A stretch of DNA of 64,000 nt from a virus. Its lineage: Duplodnaviria > Caudoviricetes. Both the position numbers and the translations under genes were made by a program. Below, piece after piece: positions 52,962 through 62,599 of this stretch. The notes under the pieces are model-generated. The model saw only the letters and a list, made by a program, of their open reading frames with translations. It had not been told where the DNA came from and searched no databases. The stretch is taken from IMG/VR virus record IMGVR_UViG_3300011008_000004, positions 32,001 through 96,000 of that record; one strand, written 5' to 3'. Positions within the stretch are counted from its first letter, which is position 1. Every line of letters begins with the position of its first letter.

Positions 52962-53894
52962 TTAAATATAGTTTTCTTTTGTAAGCAAACTTAAAAGTTG
53001 TTTAGACACATTTGAAAGTTTATCAATTAAATCAGTTTTAGTAATTTTCTTATCATTTAACCAGTAATCTTGTTCTAATTCAATTAAAATTGGTAAATCT
53101 TTTTCTCTAAAATCAGCTGGAACTTTATCAAACTTAAAAGTTTCTTTATCTTCAGGTTCTTCTAATATTTGATCTATCTTACTTTTATCTTTCATATAAA
53201 TATGCATATTACTTGCAAAATGTTTGTATGTTCCAACTTCTAAGCCTAATTCAGCAGCCATTAACTCTTGCATAAATGTAAACATAAATACATCATACGT
53301 TGTTCCAAACAATAAATCATTTGAACGCATTCCTGCAATCATATCTAATTTATTATTTCTAACAAAGAATTGTAAGAAATATGTACAAGTAGTATCTTTA
53401 GTTGCATACATTTGAACTGGTTTTATATGAATAACTGCTTGTCTTGAAAATGGATCTTTAGTTAAAGTTTCTTTTACAAAGTCCCATTGAACTCTATAGT
53501 TATTATGATCTGCTACATATTCTTCATATGGTTTTTCATATTCTGAACCATAACCAATTGCCGGCATTTTATTAAAAATATATTTGCCATATGCTGAATT
53601 ATTATGTAAACCATCATCTGAAAGAGGAGCCCATTGTTTAGAATATTTACTAATAAATTGAACATCATCTCTTCCTGTTAAATACCACATCAATTCGCCA
53701 AATATATACTTAGTTATACTTGATCTACAATCAATATTAAGTAATCTATCACGTGGATTCTCAATTTCGAAATAACCAGGAATTATTTCTTTCATATCAA
53801 ATCCACGAACAGTTACATCATCGCCTTCATTTAATACTTTATTTATCATACCATAGTATGCTTTTTGGAAATTCTTATACACTATATAAATCAC
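52962..53894 (-). CDS. Thymidylate-synthase-superfamily enzyme, probably dCMP hydroxymethylase
   Basis: SRQAV, catalytic Cys (DTTC), MRSNDLLFGTTYD with Asp at the position where dUMP-specific enzymes have Asn. Confidence 0.75.
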   Translation of the reverse strand: MIYIVYKNFQKAYYGMINKVLNEGDDVTVRGFDMKEIIPGYFEIENPRDRLLNIDCRSSITKYIFGELMWYLTGRDDVQFISKYSKQWAPLSDDGLHNNSAYGKYIFNKMPAIGYGSEYEKPYEEYVADHNNYRVQWDFVKETLTKDPFSRQAVIHIKPVQMYATKDTTCTYFLQFFVRNNKLDMIAGMRSNDLLFGTTYDVFMFTFMQELMAAELGLEVGTYKHFASNMHIYMKDKSKIDQILEEPEDKETFKFDKVPADFREKDLPILIELEQDYWLNDKKITKTDLIDKLSNVSKQLLSLLTKENYI

Positions 53895-53912
53895 CTCAAT
53901 ATTTTATACAAA

Positions 53913-55142
53913 TTAGATAATTTCTAAAAGTTGTTTAAAGATAACTTTATTATTCAAATACTTGTTACAGAAATTAAATGCATTTTCTCTATATTGATTA
54001 TATAAATCTTTGTTATCACTTAATTTGCAAACTAAATCAACTGCCTCTTGAGGATTCTCTTCATCTAAGAAAATCATTCCTGTCTCTGTTCCGTAATCTA
54101 CAAGAGATTTACCATTTATTTTAAATGATTCACCCCATTTCTTTCTATAAATAGGAACAGTTCCAACTGCAACAGTTTCCATCATTGCATATTCCATAAT
54201 ATCAGGTAAGAATCTATCATCTAACAATAATAATTCAATACCAAATTGTTGTCTGCTCATACGACCCATTGCTTTTTCATTATCATATGGAGGTAACATA
54301 TATGCGTTATGATTTCTTTCAAATACTACTTCATTATTATTCATCTTATCAATATAATCATTAGTAGTCCATAACGTATTGTCATCTCTCACAATCTTTA
54401 CAGGATCCCAAGATTTATATAAAAATTGAAGGCTTTGAATAGACATCTCAATTCCTTCTAAAGTCGCTATAAATCCTCTATCTCTGAAATACTTCTCATG
54501 CATTTCTCTAAATAACCAAGGACCTTTCCAAGCAGCAACTCTTCCTAAGAATTTAATAGTTCTATACTCTTTTTCTTCAAATGGCTTCCAAAATCTCTTA
54601 TACTTATCAAAATCTAAGCCATTAATTCCATTAAGCTTATCTGATGCTGTTACAAGATTATTCAATGTAATGTCATGTTTATTACAGAATCTTACAAAAT
54701 CGCCGTCGTGTGAGTGAGTAATAACTTTATCTACATACGTGAAAAATTCTTTATATTGTTCTTCAGCATAAAAATTTCTATTAATTGAATGAATCTTATG
54801 GTCTACTTGAATATAAGTTGTAGGAATATTACAAGCCTTAACTTTCTTTATAATATCCATAAATACATTCTTTGTTTCATCTGTAAAGTTTTTAGCTGGA
54901 ACACTTAAAATAATAACTTTATCTGCTTTCATGCAAGCATTTAAAATTGTTTCAGTATCTTTTGTGTAACTAATAATCTCAATATGATTAGGATGAGACT
55001 TTTCTCTCCCCCAATGTTTATCTTTATTAGCTAATGTTCTGCAAGTATCGCCAATAAATTCAATATAACTTTGAAGTTCTACTGCATACTTAGTATTACC
55101 TGTGCCTTCAACACCTCTACCCATTAAAATAACATAATTCAT
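53913..55142 (-). CDS. DNA alpha-glucosyltransferase-like glycosyltransferase
   Basis: MGRGVEGTGNTKY, VDH, GRVAAWKG, LEGIE, MEY..ME...GT.P resemble T4 AGT motifs (recalled). Confidence 0.75.
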   Translation of the reverse strand: MNYVILMGRGVEGTGNTKYAVELQSYIEFIGDTCRTLANKDKHWGREKSHPNHIEIISYTKDTETILNACMKADKVIILSVPAKNFTDETKNVFMDIIKKVKACNIPTTYIQVDHKIHSINRNFYAEEQYKEFFTYVDKVITHSHDGDFVRFCNKHDITLNNLVTASDKLNGINGLDFDKYKRFWKPFEEKEYRTIKFLGRVAAWKGPWLFREMHEKYFRDRGFIATLEGIEMSIQSLQFLYKSWDPVKIVRDDNTLWTTNDYIDKMNNNEVVFERNHNAYMLPPYDNEKAMGRMSRQQFGIELLLLDDRFLPDIMEYAMMETVAVGTVPIYRKKWGESFKINGKSLVDYGTETGMIFLDEENPQEAVDLVCKLSDNKDLYNQYRENAFNFCNKYLNNKVIFKQLLEII

Positions 55143-55145
55143 AAA

Positions 55146-55664
55146 TCACCTATTCAAAAATTTTAATAATTCTTCTATAACTGCTGTTGTATCAATTTCA
55201 CCTTTATAAGATGTGTCAAAATGCTTCTTAAGTTTTATAACATTTACTCCTGCATTTTTTAATAACTGATAACGTTGTTCAAACATTGTTTTTTCTTTTG
55301 TAACAAAATCCCAATCAATCTCTTCATTCTTATTCGCATATGCTCTCGCTATAAACCCATAATCAGCATCTACGACAACAATATAAGTTTCATTATTGAA
55401 ATCTTTACAAATCTTTAAAAGTTGCTCTTGTGTCATTTTAGAGTCTCTACCATACAATTCTGGATAAATAGTTTCACCAATATAAAACCTATCAAAAATC
55501 ATATTTTGTGAACTCTTTAGTAAGTCCTCATGAAATTTATAATCATTTGGACATTTACTATCAACATGCTCAATTTCAAAGTCTTTAAATTCAACTGTAC
55601 TTTTTATTGCAGCTATTAAAGTACTTTTACCTACATTATTAGGTCCTTCAATAACAATCTTCAT
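55146..55664 (-). CDS. dNMP kinase-like protein
   Basis: IEGPNNVGKST, FDR...E.IY. Confidence 0.75.
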   Translation of the reverse strand: MKIVIEGPNNVGKSTLIAAIKSTVEFKDFEIEHVDSKCPNDYKFHEDLLKSSQNMIFDRFYIGETIYPELYGRDSKMTQEQLLKICKDFNNETYIVVVDADYGFIARAYANKNEEIDWDFVTKEKTMFEQRYQLLKNAGVNVIKLKKHFDTSYKGEIDTTAVIEELLKFLNR

Positions 55665-55676
55665 TTAATCACCTTT

Positions 55677-56342
55677 TTATTTATTATACAACGTTTTATC
55701 TAAATCGTCAATAACTTTTTCATTCTCTTCTAAAATTGTTTCTTTGGTTCTTTTTTCAGCAATCTTTAAAAGTTTATTGCCCATTTGTTTATTATATGTA
55801 TTCACTTTTTTAGTTCTAACAGGTCTATTAAGCAAATACATTATGTAAGATAATGTTTGATAATTAGTTTTTAATGGTGCAATAACTGTTTCTAAATTTT
55901 GCATAATATTTGGATCTATCATTGTTTTATCAGCTTGCTGTGCATAAGCATTTAAGTTTTTTTGCATAATTAAAAATTGTTTTTCAACTTCATTATAATA
56001 AATTTCAACATCACGTTTACTCATAAATCACCTCAATACTTTAATATATTATACACAAAAGAGACCAGCATTTAGCTGATCTCTTTAATTTTTTTTCAAT
56101 TATTCTGTCTCTTTTAAAGTAGTTATATTCACTTCAATATGATGAACATAAACTATATTTACTTCAAATTTATCAACACACAATATGTTATATTTTGGAT
56201 CTTTAATAACTTCTTCATAATCTATATATGGTTCAGCGCCATCGTCCCAAATAACTTTGCCATCTATACTTACTTTAATGATTGCTAAATCACTTAACCA
56301 GTGTAAAACCTTACCTACTTTAACATCTGAAAATTTACTCAT
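55677..56342 (-). other. Two hypothetical genes
   Basis: ORF track. Confidence 0.6.
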
Positions 56343-57172
56343 AATTCTTCGTCCTCTATAACTATACAGTTACATATTCCGCTATAAGCGGTACAAGCAT
56401 CTAATGCTACAATACCATCATCAATAAATGGCTCAAATGACTTTAACCAATCGCCCTCAGTCTTTTTAGGAAATTCTTCTCTTTGATGTAATAAATTTGA
56501 CCAACCCCAAGAACAATGCCAATGACCACAAATAATAGTTTTATTCGGTTCTTTTACACCTCTTTGATATTGTTGCATGCCATTCTTCCATCTAGCATAC
56601 TCCCAAAAAGATGATGTTCTCCAATTATCATCATATATATCATATTTGCCATATACATCATAATAGGATAAATCATTATTAGGATCAGGTTTACCGGGAA
56701 TCCAACCATGCACAAAGATATTATTTTTAGTCTCAAAATAGTTTATAGATTTTTTATTTATAAAATCTAAATATGGTTTCATTCGTTCTTCAATAACTGA
56801 GAATACGTTATTATCGTTAATAGCGTTTACTTGCATTCTCCAATAATCGTCTCTAGTTAAATCACATAAACCTAAAATAGTATCAAATGTGCCATTATGC
56901 CAATGATGACTTGAGGGTTCATATCCGTGTATCATTTCATCAACGCACTCAAATAGCAAATCTTCATGATTACCACGAACATATATAAATCTATCACCTA
57001 ATGATTGCACAAACTTTAAAACTTCTAATGGCTTCTTGCCTCTATCAAATAAATCACCACATACAATCAAATAATGATCTTTATTACTTTTATCAAAACC
57101 TTTATCATTCAAAGCTTTAAACATTTCATCAGCAAATGAATGTATATCAGACATTACAAAAAATTTATTCAT
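56339..57172 (-). CDS. Calcineurin-like metallophosphoesterase
   Basis: SDIH, GDLFDRG, RGNHE, HG, GHWH. Confidence 0.92.
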   Translation of the reverse strand: MNKFFVMSDIHSFADEMFKALNDKGFDKSNKDHYLIVCGDLFDRGKKPLEVLKFVQSLGDRFIYVRGNHEDLLFECVDEMIHGYEPSSHHWHNGTFDTILGLCDLTRDDYWRMQVNAINDNNVFSVIEERMKPYLDFINKKSINYFETKNNIFVHGWIPGKPDPNNDLSYYDVYGKYDIYDDNWRTSSFWEYARWKNGMQQYQRGVKEPNKTIICGHWHCSWGWSNLLHQREEFPKKTEGDWLKSFEPFIDDGIVALDACTAYSGICNCIVIEDEEL

Positions 57173-57318
57173 CTTTTTTCACCAAATCATCATACAATAT
57201 AGTTATCAGATAAGTATTATCATCACCAATGCATGTGTTTACACTTATCACTAACTTATCTTTTATAAATTCATTTACATCTAATTGCAGATACTTCAAA
57301 TCTTTTGACTTAAATAAT

Positions 57319-57669
57319 TTAATTTTCATAAAATTTACCTTTTATATGTATTGCTTTACTTAAATCATATGGGATATTAGCATCTAATGCAAACTCTGGA
57401 AATGGTTCTATTCTATATTCTATAAAATGCTCTCGTAATAATTTCTTTATCATTTTAACAACAACTTTTGGAGATGCGTCCTATTTAGTAGATCTATCTA
57501 AAAAGAACCACTAACCTGTAGTTAAAATCATCATACTAATATTTTTATTAATTATAACTGCATATAGCATTATATTGTCATCAGACACAAATAATGGCGC
57601 ATACTACACTAACCAATTCACAGCGTTATCAGTTAGACGTAATTCTTCATACTAATTTATCTTTTTCAT
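57319..57669 (-). CDS. Hypothetical protein, 116 aa in code 15 (absent from ORF track)
   Basis: ATG overlaps the upstream TGA; 4 TAG; exactly fills the gap between genes. Confidence 0.7.
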
Positions 57670-57977
57670 AAATCCTTTACATATGGATCTAAGAAATTCT
57701 TTATAGTTTCAGCATGACATCTCTTAGGCGCACACCAACAAAACAATCTTAATCTCCCATAAGCCTTATAAATTAAATATAGCCTTCTAAGTTCATCAAT
57801 GAACTCGTCTTCATCTTTTATTCGTTTATTGAAATATTCTATATACTTATCACAAACATCATCTCTAAATGATTCATCCTTCATATAAAAAGGATTTCCT
57901 AAAACTGATTCACGATCAACTCTAATGTCAAATGGTTGAGATGGTTTTTCGAAATGCATATTTTTAATTTCAATCAT
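57666..57977 (-). CDS. DUF4326-like protein
   Basis: R.S.LGNPF...CWCAPKRCHAE. Confidence 0.85.
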   Translation of the reverse strand: MIEIKNMHFEKPSQPFDIRVDRESVLGNPFYMKDESFRDDVCDKYIEYFNKRIKDEDEFIDELRRLYLIYKAYGRLRLFCWCAPKRCHAETIKNFLDPYVKDL

Positions 57978-58049
57978 AATTATTTATACAAAAACAAAAG
58001 ACTATCTAAAAGATAGTCTTTATCACAATTAAATTACCGTTGAAAAATA

Positions 58050-58517
58050 TTATTGAAACAATTTAAATGGATTGAATGTAAACATGTCATTCAACATGCT
58101 ATTCATCTCATCGACAATGTTGTCATATTCGCGCTTCGCTTCATCACCGGTGATGTATCTAACATAAGGCTTGTTAAATTTATCATTATATTCTACCATA
58201 GCATTACGCTTATCAGTAGCGGCCTTATCAACATTGTCCCCAGCTTCTTTAAGTATCTCATTAGCTCTTGCGTTAGCTTCTTCGATAATCTTACGTGCTT
58301 CGGCTTTTGCTTCATTATACGCTTCAACTGCTAAGTTGTAAGCATCTTTAGCTGCATCAATTTTGTCAGCCAGTTCTTTACGCTCTTTACTGATTTCAGC
58401 CTTTTTAATTTCTTCAGCCATGCGTTTTTCTTCTTGTGCTTTGTCAAATGCTTTATCAGCTTCTTTGCACTTTTCTACTGTGCTATATTCTTTTCCGTCT
58501 TTACCTATAATTTGCAT
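58050..58517 (-). CDS. Coiled-coil hypothetical protein
   Basis: ORF track. Confidence 0.65.
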   Translation of the reverse strand: MQIIGKDGKEYSTVEKCKEADKAFDKAQEEKRMAEEIKKAEISKERKELADKIDAAKDAYNLAVEAYNEAKAEARKIIEEANARANEILKEAGDNVDKAATDKRNAMVEYNDKFNKPYVRYITGDEAKREYDNIVDEMNSMLNDMFTFNPFKLFQ

Positions 58518-58583
58518 CTTAATCTCCTTTTCTTGAACTCCTTACCTAATAGGACTTATAGTTCAACCATATCAGATTTTATT

Positions 58584-58750
58584 GTGAACTACTTATTACT
58601 AAAGTAATAAGCTTCCTGCTCAAGTGTGCTATTGCACACAGTATCAACAAGCTATCCCTCGAGTTCCTCAAGTTAGTTTATTTAATTACCTTAATCGATA
58701 AAAGGTAAATTAAATTTTTTAACCTATGACTAAAGTCAAAGGTTATCTTT
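58584..58750 (-). mobile_element. Non-autonomous IS200/IS605 mini-element (orphan omegaRNA-like)
   Basis: Both ends homologous to the 39300-40775 element; no ORF. Confidence 0.75.
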
Positions 58751-58780
58751 TCTAGGTTATATGTTAACGGTAATTTAATT

Positions 58781-59980
58781 TTAATGTAAAATAATTCTAC
58801 ATATAGCTTCTATAACATTCTCTTTAGAAACTATAATTAAATTTTGACTAGGTGTTGATGTCAATCTTAAATCTTTAGCATATGTATCAGTTCCCATTAA
58901 ACTTGAACATGAACATACAACTGTACGATTCTTCTCATCTCCACTAAAGTGATGCAAATGAGCTGTACACAATAAATCCCAATGCTGTTCAGTCATCATT
59001 GATAATTTATCTACAGCAGTTACATGTGAGTCTTTATCGCCATGAACACCTAAAATCTTATGACCTAAAACTTCAAATGCGCAAATATCATCACCGTAGA
59101 AATTTTCGTTTATATTAACATCACAATCTTTTAATCTTTGCTCTAAATACCAAGGTGTCAATCTTTGCAATGTTTCAACAGCTAAACTTGCCTCTTTATC
59201 TGGTTCTAATCTAGAGTGATTATCTATAGTACTATAATATTCTACTTTTACATATTTAGACAAGTTATAAAGTAAATCAGCTAATATCTCTGTTACTTCC
59301 ATTATCTGCGTAATAACATCACATCTACTTTCAAGCTGAATGGTTTTATGAATTCTTCCAGCAATTAAGTCTGATAAATCTACTACATATAACTTCTTAA
59401 TGTTATAAAATTGTAATCTTTCAACTACTTTCTTAAATAATTCAGCTACACGTTTCTTACAGATTTCTGGACTATATTCATTTATAAAATTCTTAAAGAC
59501 TAAGCCATAGTGCCAATCACCTATCTCTAAAATAGCTTCATATTTAGCGTTATCTATATTTAAGCCTTCAACTATTTTATTAGGAATGTAAGGTTTTTCT
59601 TTAGCAGCAGCAATAGCAGCTTCTACTGCTATGTCTCTAATAGTTTCTTTACGTGCTAAATCTCTAATATATTTTCTATTAGCATTCGCTTCATCTCTAA
59701 ATTTAACACGTTCTTTTTGAAGATTTACTAATTCTTCTCTAATATCACTAACGTCATCGCAATAAACGCTAGATAATGCATTTAGTTTATCACAATTATG
59801 AATTCTGTAATATTCTTCAGAGTAATCTAAACCAAATGCTTCATTTACTAGATTCTTTATATTTGACCAAGTAAGTTTATTGTCATCACTTTTAACTTTA
59901 ACTAAATGGTCTATAAATTCAGAGACTGACATTCCTTCAGCTTTATCTAATAAATTGTCATAAAATTCTTTATCTATCAT
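58781..59980 (-). CDS. Metallophosphoesterase-fold protein (nuclease-like)
   Basis: GDWHYG, SDLI.G, DNH.R, VHGD, AHLHH. Confidence 0.75.
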   Translation of the reverse strand: MIDKEFYDNLLDKAEGMSVSEFIDHLVKVKSDDNKLTWSNIKNLVNEAFGLDYSEEYYRIHNCDKLNALSSVYCDDVSDIREELVNLQKERVKFRDEANANRKYIRDLARKETIRDIAVEAAIAAAKEKPYIPNKIVEGLNIDNAKYEAILEIGDWHYGLVFKNFINEYSPEICKKRVAELFKKVVERLQFYNIKKLYVVDLSDLIAGRIHKTIQLESRCDVITQIMEVTEILADLLYNLSKYVKVEYYSTIDNHSRLEPDKEASLAVETLQRLTPWYLEQRLKDCDVNINENFYGDDICAFEVLGHKILGVHGDKDSHVTAVDKLSMMTEQHWDLLCTAHLHHFSGDEKNRTVVCSCSSLMGTDTYAKDLRLTSTPSQNLIIVSKENVIEAICRIILH

Positions 59981-60038
59981 TTAAGCCTCCACACCATAAC
60001 TAATTTAGCAGTCACGATGTTAATTGAAAACACTAGAC

Positions 60039-60281
60039 TTATTGTCTAGTGTTTCCAAGATATAAGTCTACAGTTGTAGCAAATAAATTAAATAATTTAT
60101 TATACTTTTCGTCTAATGCTTTATAAGCATTTTCATATTCTGCGCATTGTTTTTCTTTTGCTTCAAGTTGTGCTTTCAAAGTATCAACTTCAGTATTCTT
60201 ATTATCTTCAATAATAGGGGTTACTTTTGTTTCTTCATTAACTGTGGTTTTAGTTGCCATCGTTATTCTCCTTGTTTTCAT
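60039..60281 (-). CDS. Small coiled-coil hypothetical protein
   Basis: ORF track; likely start at MATK. Confidence 0.6.
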   Translation of the reverse strand: MKTRRITMATKTTVNEETKVTPIIEDNKNTEVDTLKAQLEAKEKQCAEYENAYKALDEKYNKLFNLFATTVDLYLGNTRQ

Positions 60282-60852
60282 TACTAATATATTCTACAGA
60301 ATTTTCTTCTATTATTTCATCATTTTCATTTAATTTTTGAGTAGTTTTATTTAAATTTAAAGTTTTCATAATACCTTTAACTGCTTCAACTACTCTCATT
60401 CTAGATTCTCTATCTAAAACAGGCGCGCCATCTATGTTAATTTGGTTATTCTGCTGATTAACTACGATAGCCGGTGTTTCATCTACTAATTCAATAGATT
60501 TATTGGCTCTATCAATTGTGGATTGAACCACTGTCATATAATCTAATAATTCTTTATTACTAAACTCTCCTGGCTTTTTATCAAATCTTTCAATCATTTG
60601 ATCGCCAACTTTATCTAGTAATGAATTTAACTTCATAACTCTAACAGCGTTTCTTTTAGCTTGATTTAAGTTGAATAATTTAGTTAAATTTTTAACTTTA
60701 TCTAAATCTTGCTCTTCTATTAAATCATTTGTGATCTTAGCTGTTTGATTATCTAATGGAATAACACTAATTAAATCATCTATAGAAACAGGAACTTGTT
60801 CAGATATTTCTGCTGTCTAGTTTTGTGTTAAATCTTTATTTTCTTCACTCAT
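60250..60852 (-). CDS. Hypothetical protein, 200 aa in code 15
   Basis: ATG at 60852 overlaps the upstream stop; single TAG at codon 12. Confidence 0.7.
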
Positions 60853-61742
60853 ATCAAATTCTCATATATGTTAGACATAGCTTTTATAACTGATTCATCT
60901 AAGCTTTTAATTAAACCACTTTCTCGTTTATTAACTGTATCTACAATAAGTTTATTAAATTCTGCACTTGGAATAAACTTATATTTTATTTCATTATTTT
61001 CTAAAGATATATAAATTTTTCCTTCAAATGTATCAATCTCTGAAATAGTCTTACCTTCTTTCATATCAAGATACAAATCATCGCTATGTATCATATTCAT
61101 ATAATTCTTTAATTTAGTTAAAGATTTCATTGCAACCCCAGAAATTGAGCTGCATTTATCAATTATTCCCATCGTTAAATATCCTCTAATGTCTTACTTA
61201 TAGTCTTTAAAGACTTACGTTTTAATTCTGCAAAAGCAATGTCACTAACAGTGCTCATGTCACGATAATATGATTTTAACGCTAAATCCAATCTTTTTTG
61301 AACTAATGATGCAAATAACTCTTTTGCATCTACATCTATATATTTATTTAAATCATTTATAATATTAGTTATCATTAGAAGTTCCTACGAAATTATAGTC
61401 TTTAAGTATCTTACAAACTTGTAAATAAATAGATTTTACGTTACGTAATTCTGATGACTTAAAACCAATGGTTCTTATAGCCGCATCATAGTCTTTACCA
61501 TCAATATTAACATATTGATAAAGCAATATAATATTTGCTAATGACTTAGTTTCAGCAATTGTTGGAATTCTTATGGTTCTCCCACCAAATATTGCACATA
61601 AATTTAAAAAATTAGGTTTGTCTAATGTATAAGCTAATTCACTTATAGAGGAATACTCTTGAATATCTGTAAGTTTATATAATACAAACATCAGTAAAGC
61701 ATATTGGTCTGTTTCTTTTAATGTACTTAAATTCTTTTTCAA
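60849..61742 (-). other. Three hypothetical genes
   Basis: ORF track. Confidence 0.6.
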
Positions 61743-62599
61743 CTGTCAGTCTCCTTTAATATTTCTGATAAATTATCCTTTATAACATCTTCAATAACTT
61801 TATCAGATAAATCATATTCTGCACTTATCTCACGAATATTAGATGTAAATGCTCTCTTAATCTTTTGCATTAATACATGTATATATGTCTCAAAATCACT
61901 TCCTAAACCATAAGTTATAGAAGGCGCATCACTGTTTATTAAGTAAAATTTGGATATAGCATTCTAAATTCTATCATCTAAACTATTGCCACTTCTTAAT
62001 CTATCAATTTTCTTCTTTTGTTGCGGTGTTAAAGATATAGTATCTATAAACGATTTAACAATTGATATGTATATGTAATGAGCCATACGTGTATTATTTC
62101 CATAGGCACATTCTTTAACTACTTTCTTAAATAAACCAGGCAGTGATCTTAAATATGATCTCACTTCAACTAGTCTCATCTAACCGGCATCAGCTCTTAT
62201 TGGACCAGCCATATAATTTTTAAAGAGTTCAGCAGCTTCTGCATCACCTTCTCTTGTACTAAATCCAAATTCTTGAGCTGCAAACTCACACTTCTTAGGA
62301 TATAACACAGCTTTCATGTAATTAAGACATGATTTTACAGGAGATAAAAACTTTGGATCAGTCTCCGGTAAAAATTGTCTATCAGTAGTCATACGTATAT
62401 ACGTTATATTTGCTAAATAGTAAGCAAACTACTCGCTATAATACTACTTATTAAAATATTTCTTCTTTAGTATTAGCATATAAGCTATCTAAGTAAGTTC
62501 AGTATAAACTCTTTCGATAACTTTAGGGTCTTTACTCATAATATTAGCGTCTACATCTATACATAAGTCTACGAAACGCTACGTTGGTTTTCTAATCAT
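61739..62599 (-). CDS. Hypothetical protein, 286 aa in code 15
   Basis: Joins track ORFs 62180-62392 and 61964-62179 through 6 TAG; start and stop overlap both neighbours. Confidence 0.8.

Noticed and set aside
52962-53894. Ordinary thyA
   Set aside because: Asp at the specificity position and linkage to a glycosyltransferase and kinase favour a dCMP-modifying enzyme, so the symbol was withheld
60250-62599. Small terminase or late sigma factor calls for the recoded hypotheticals near the Rad50-like gene
   Set aside because: Only positional analogy to T4-like genomes; no motif support without a profile search
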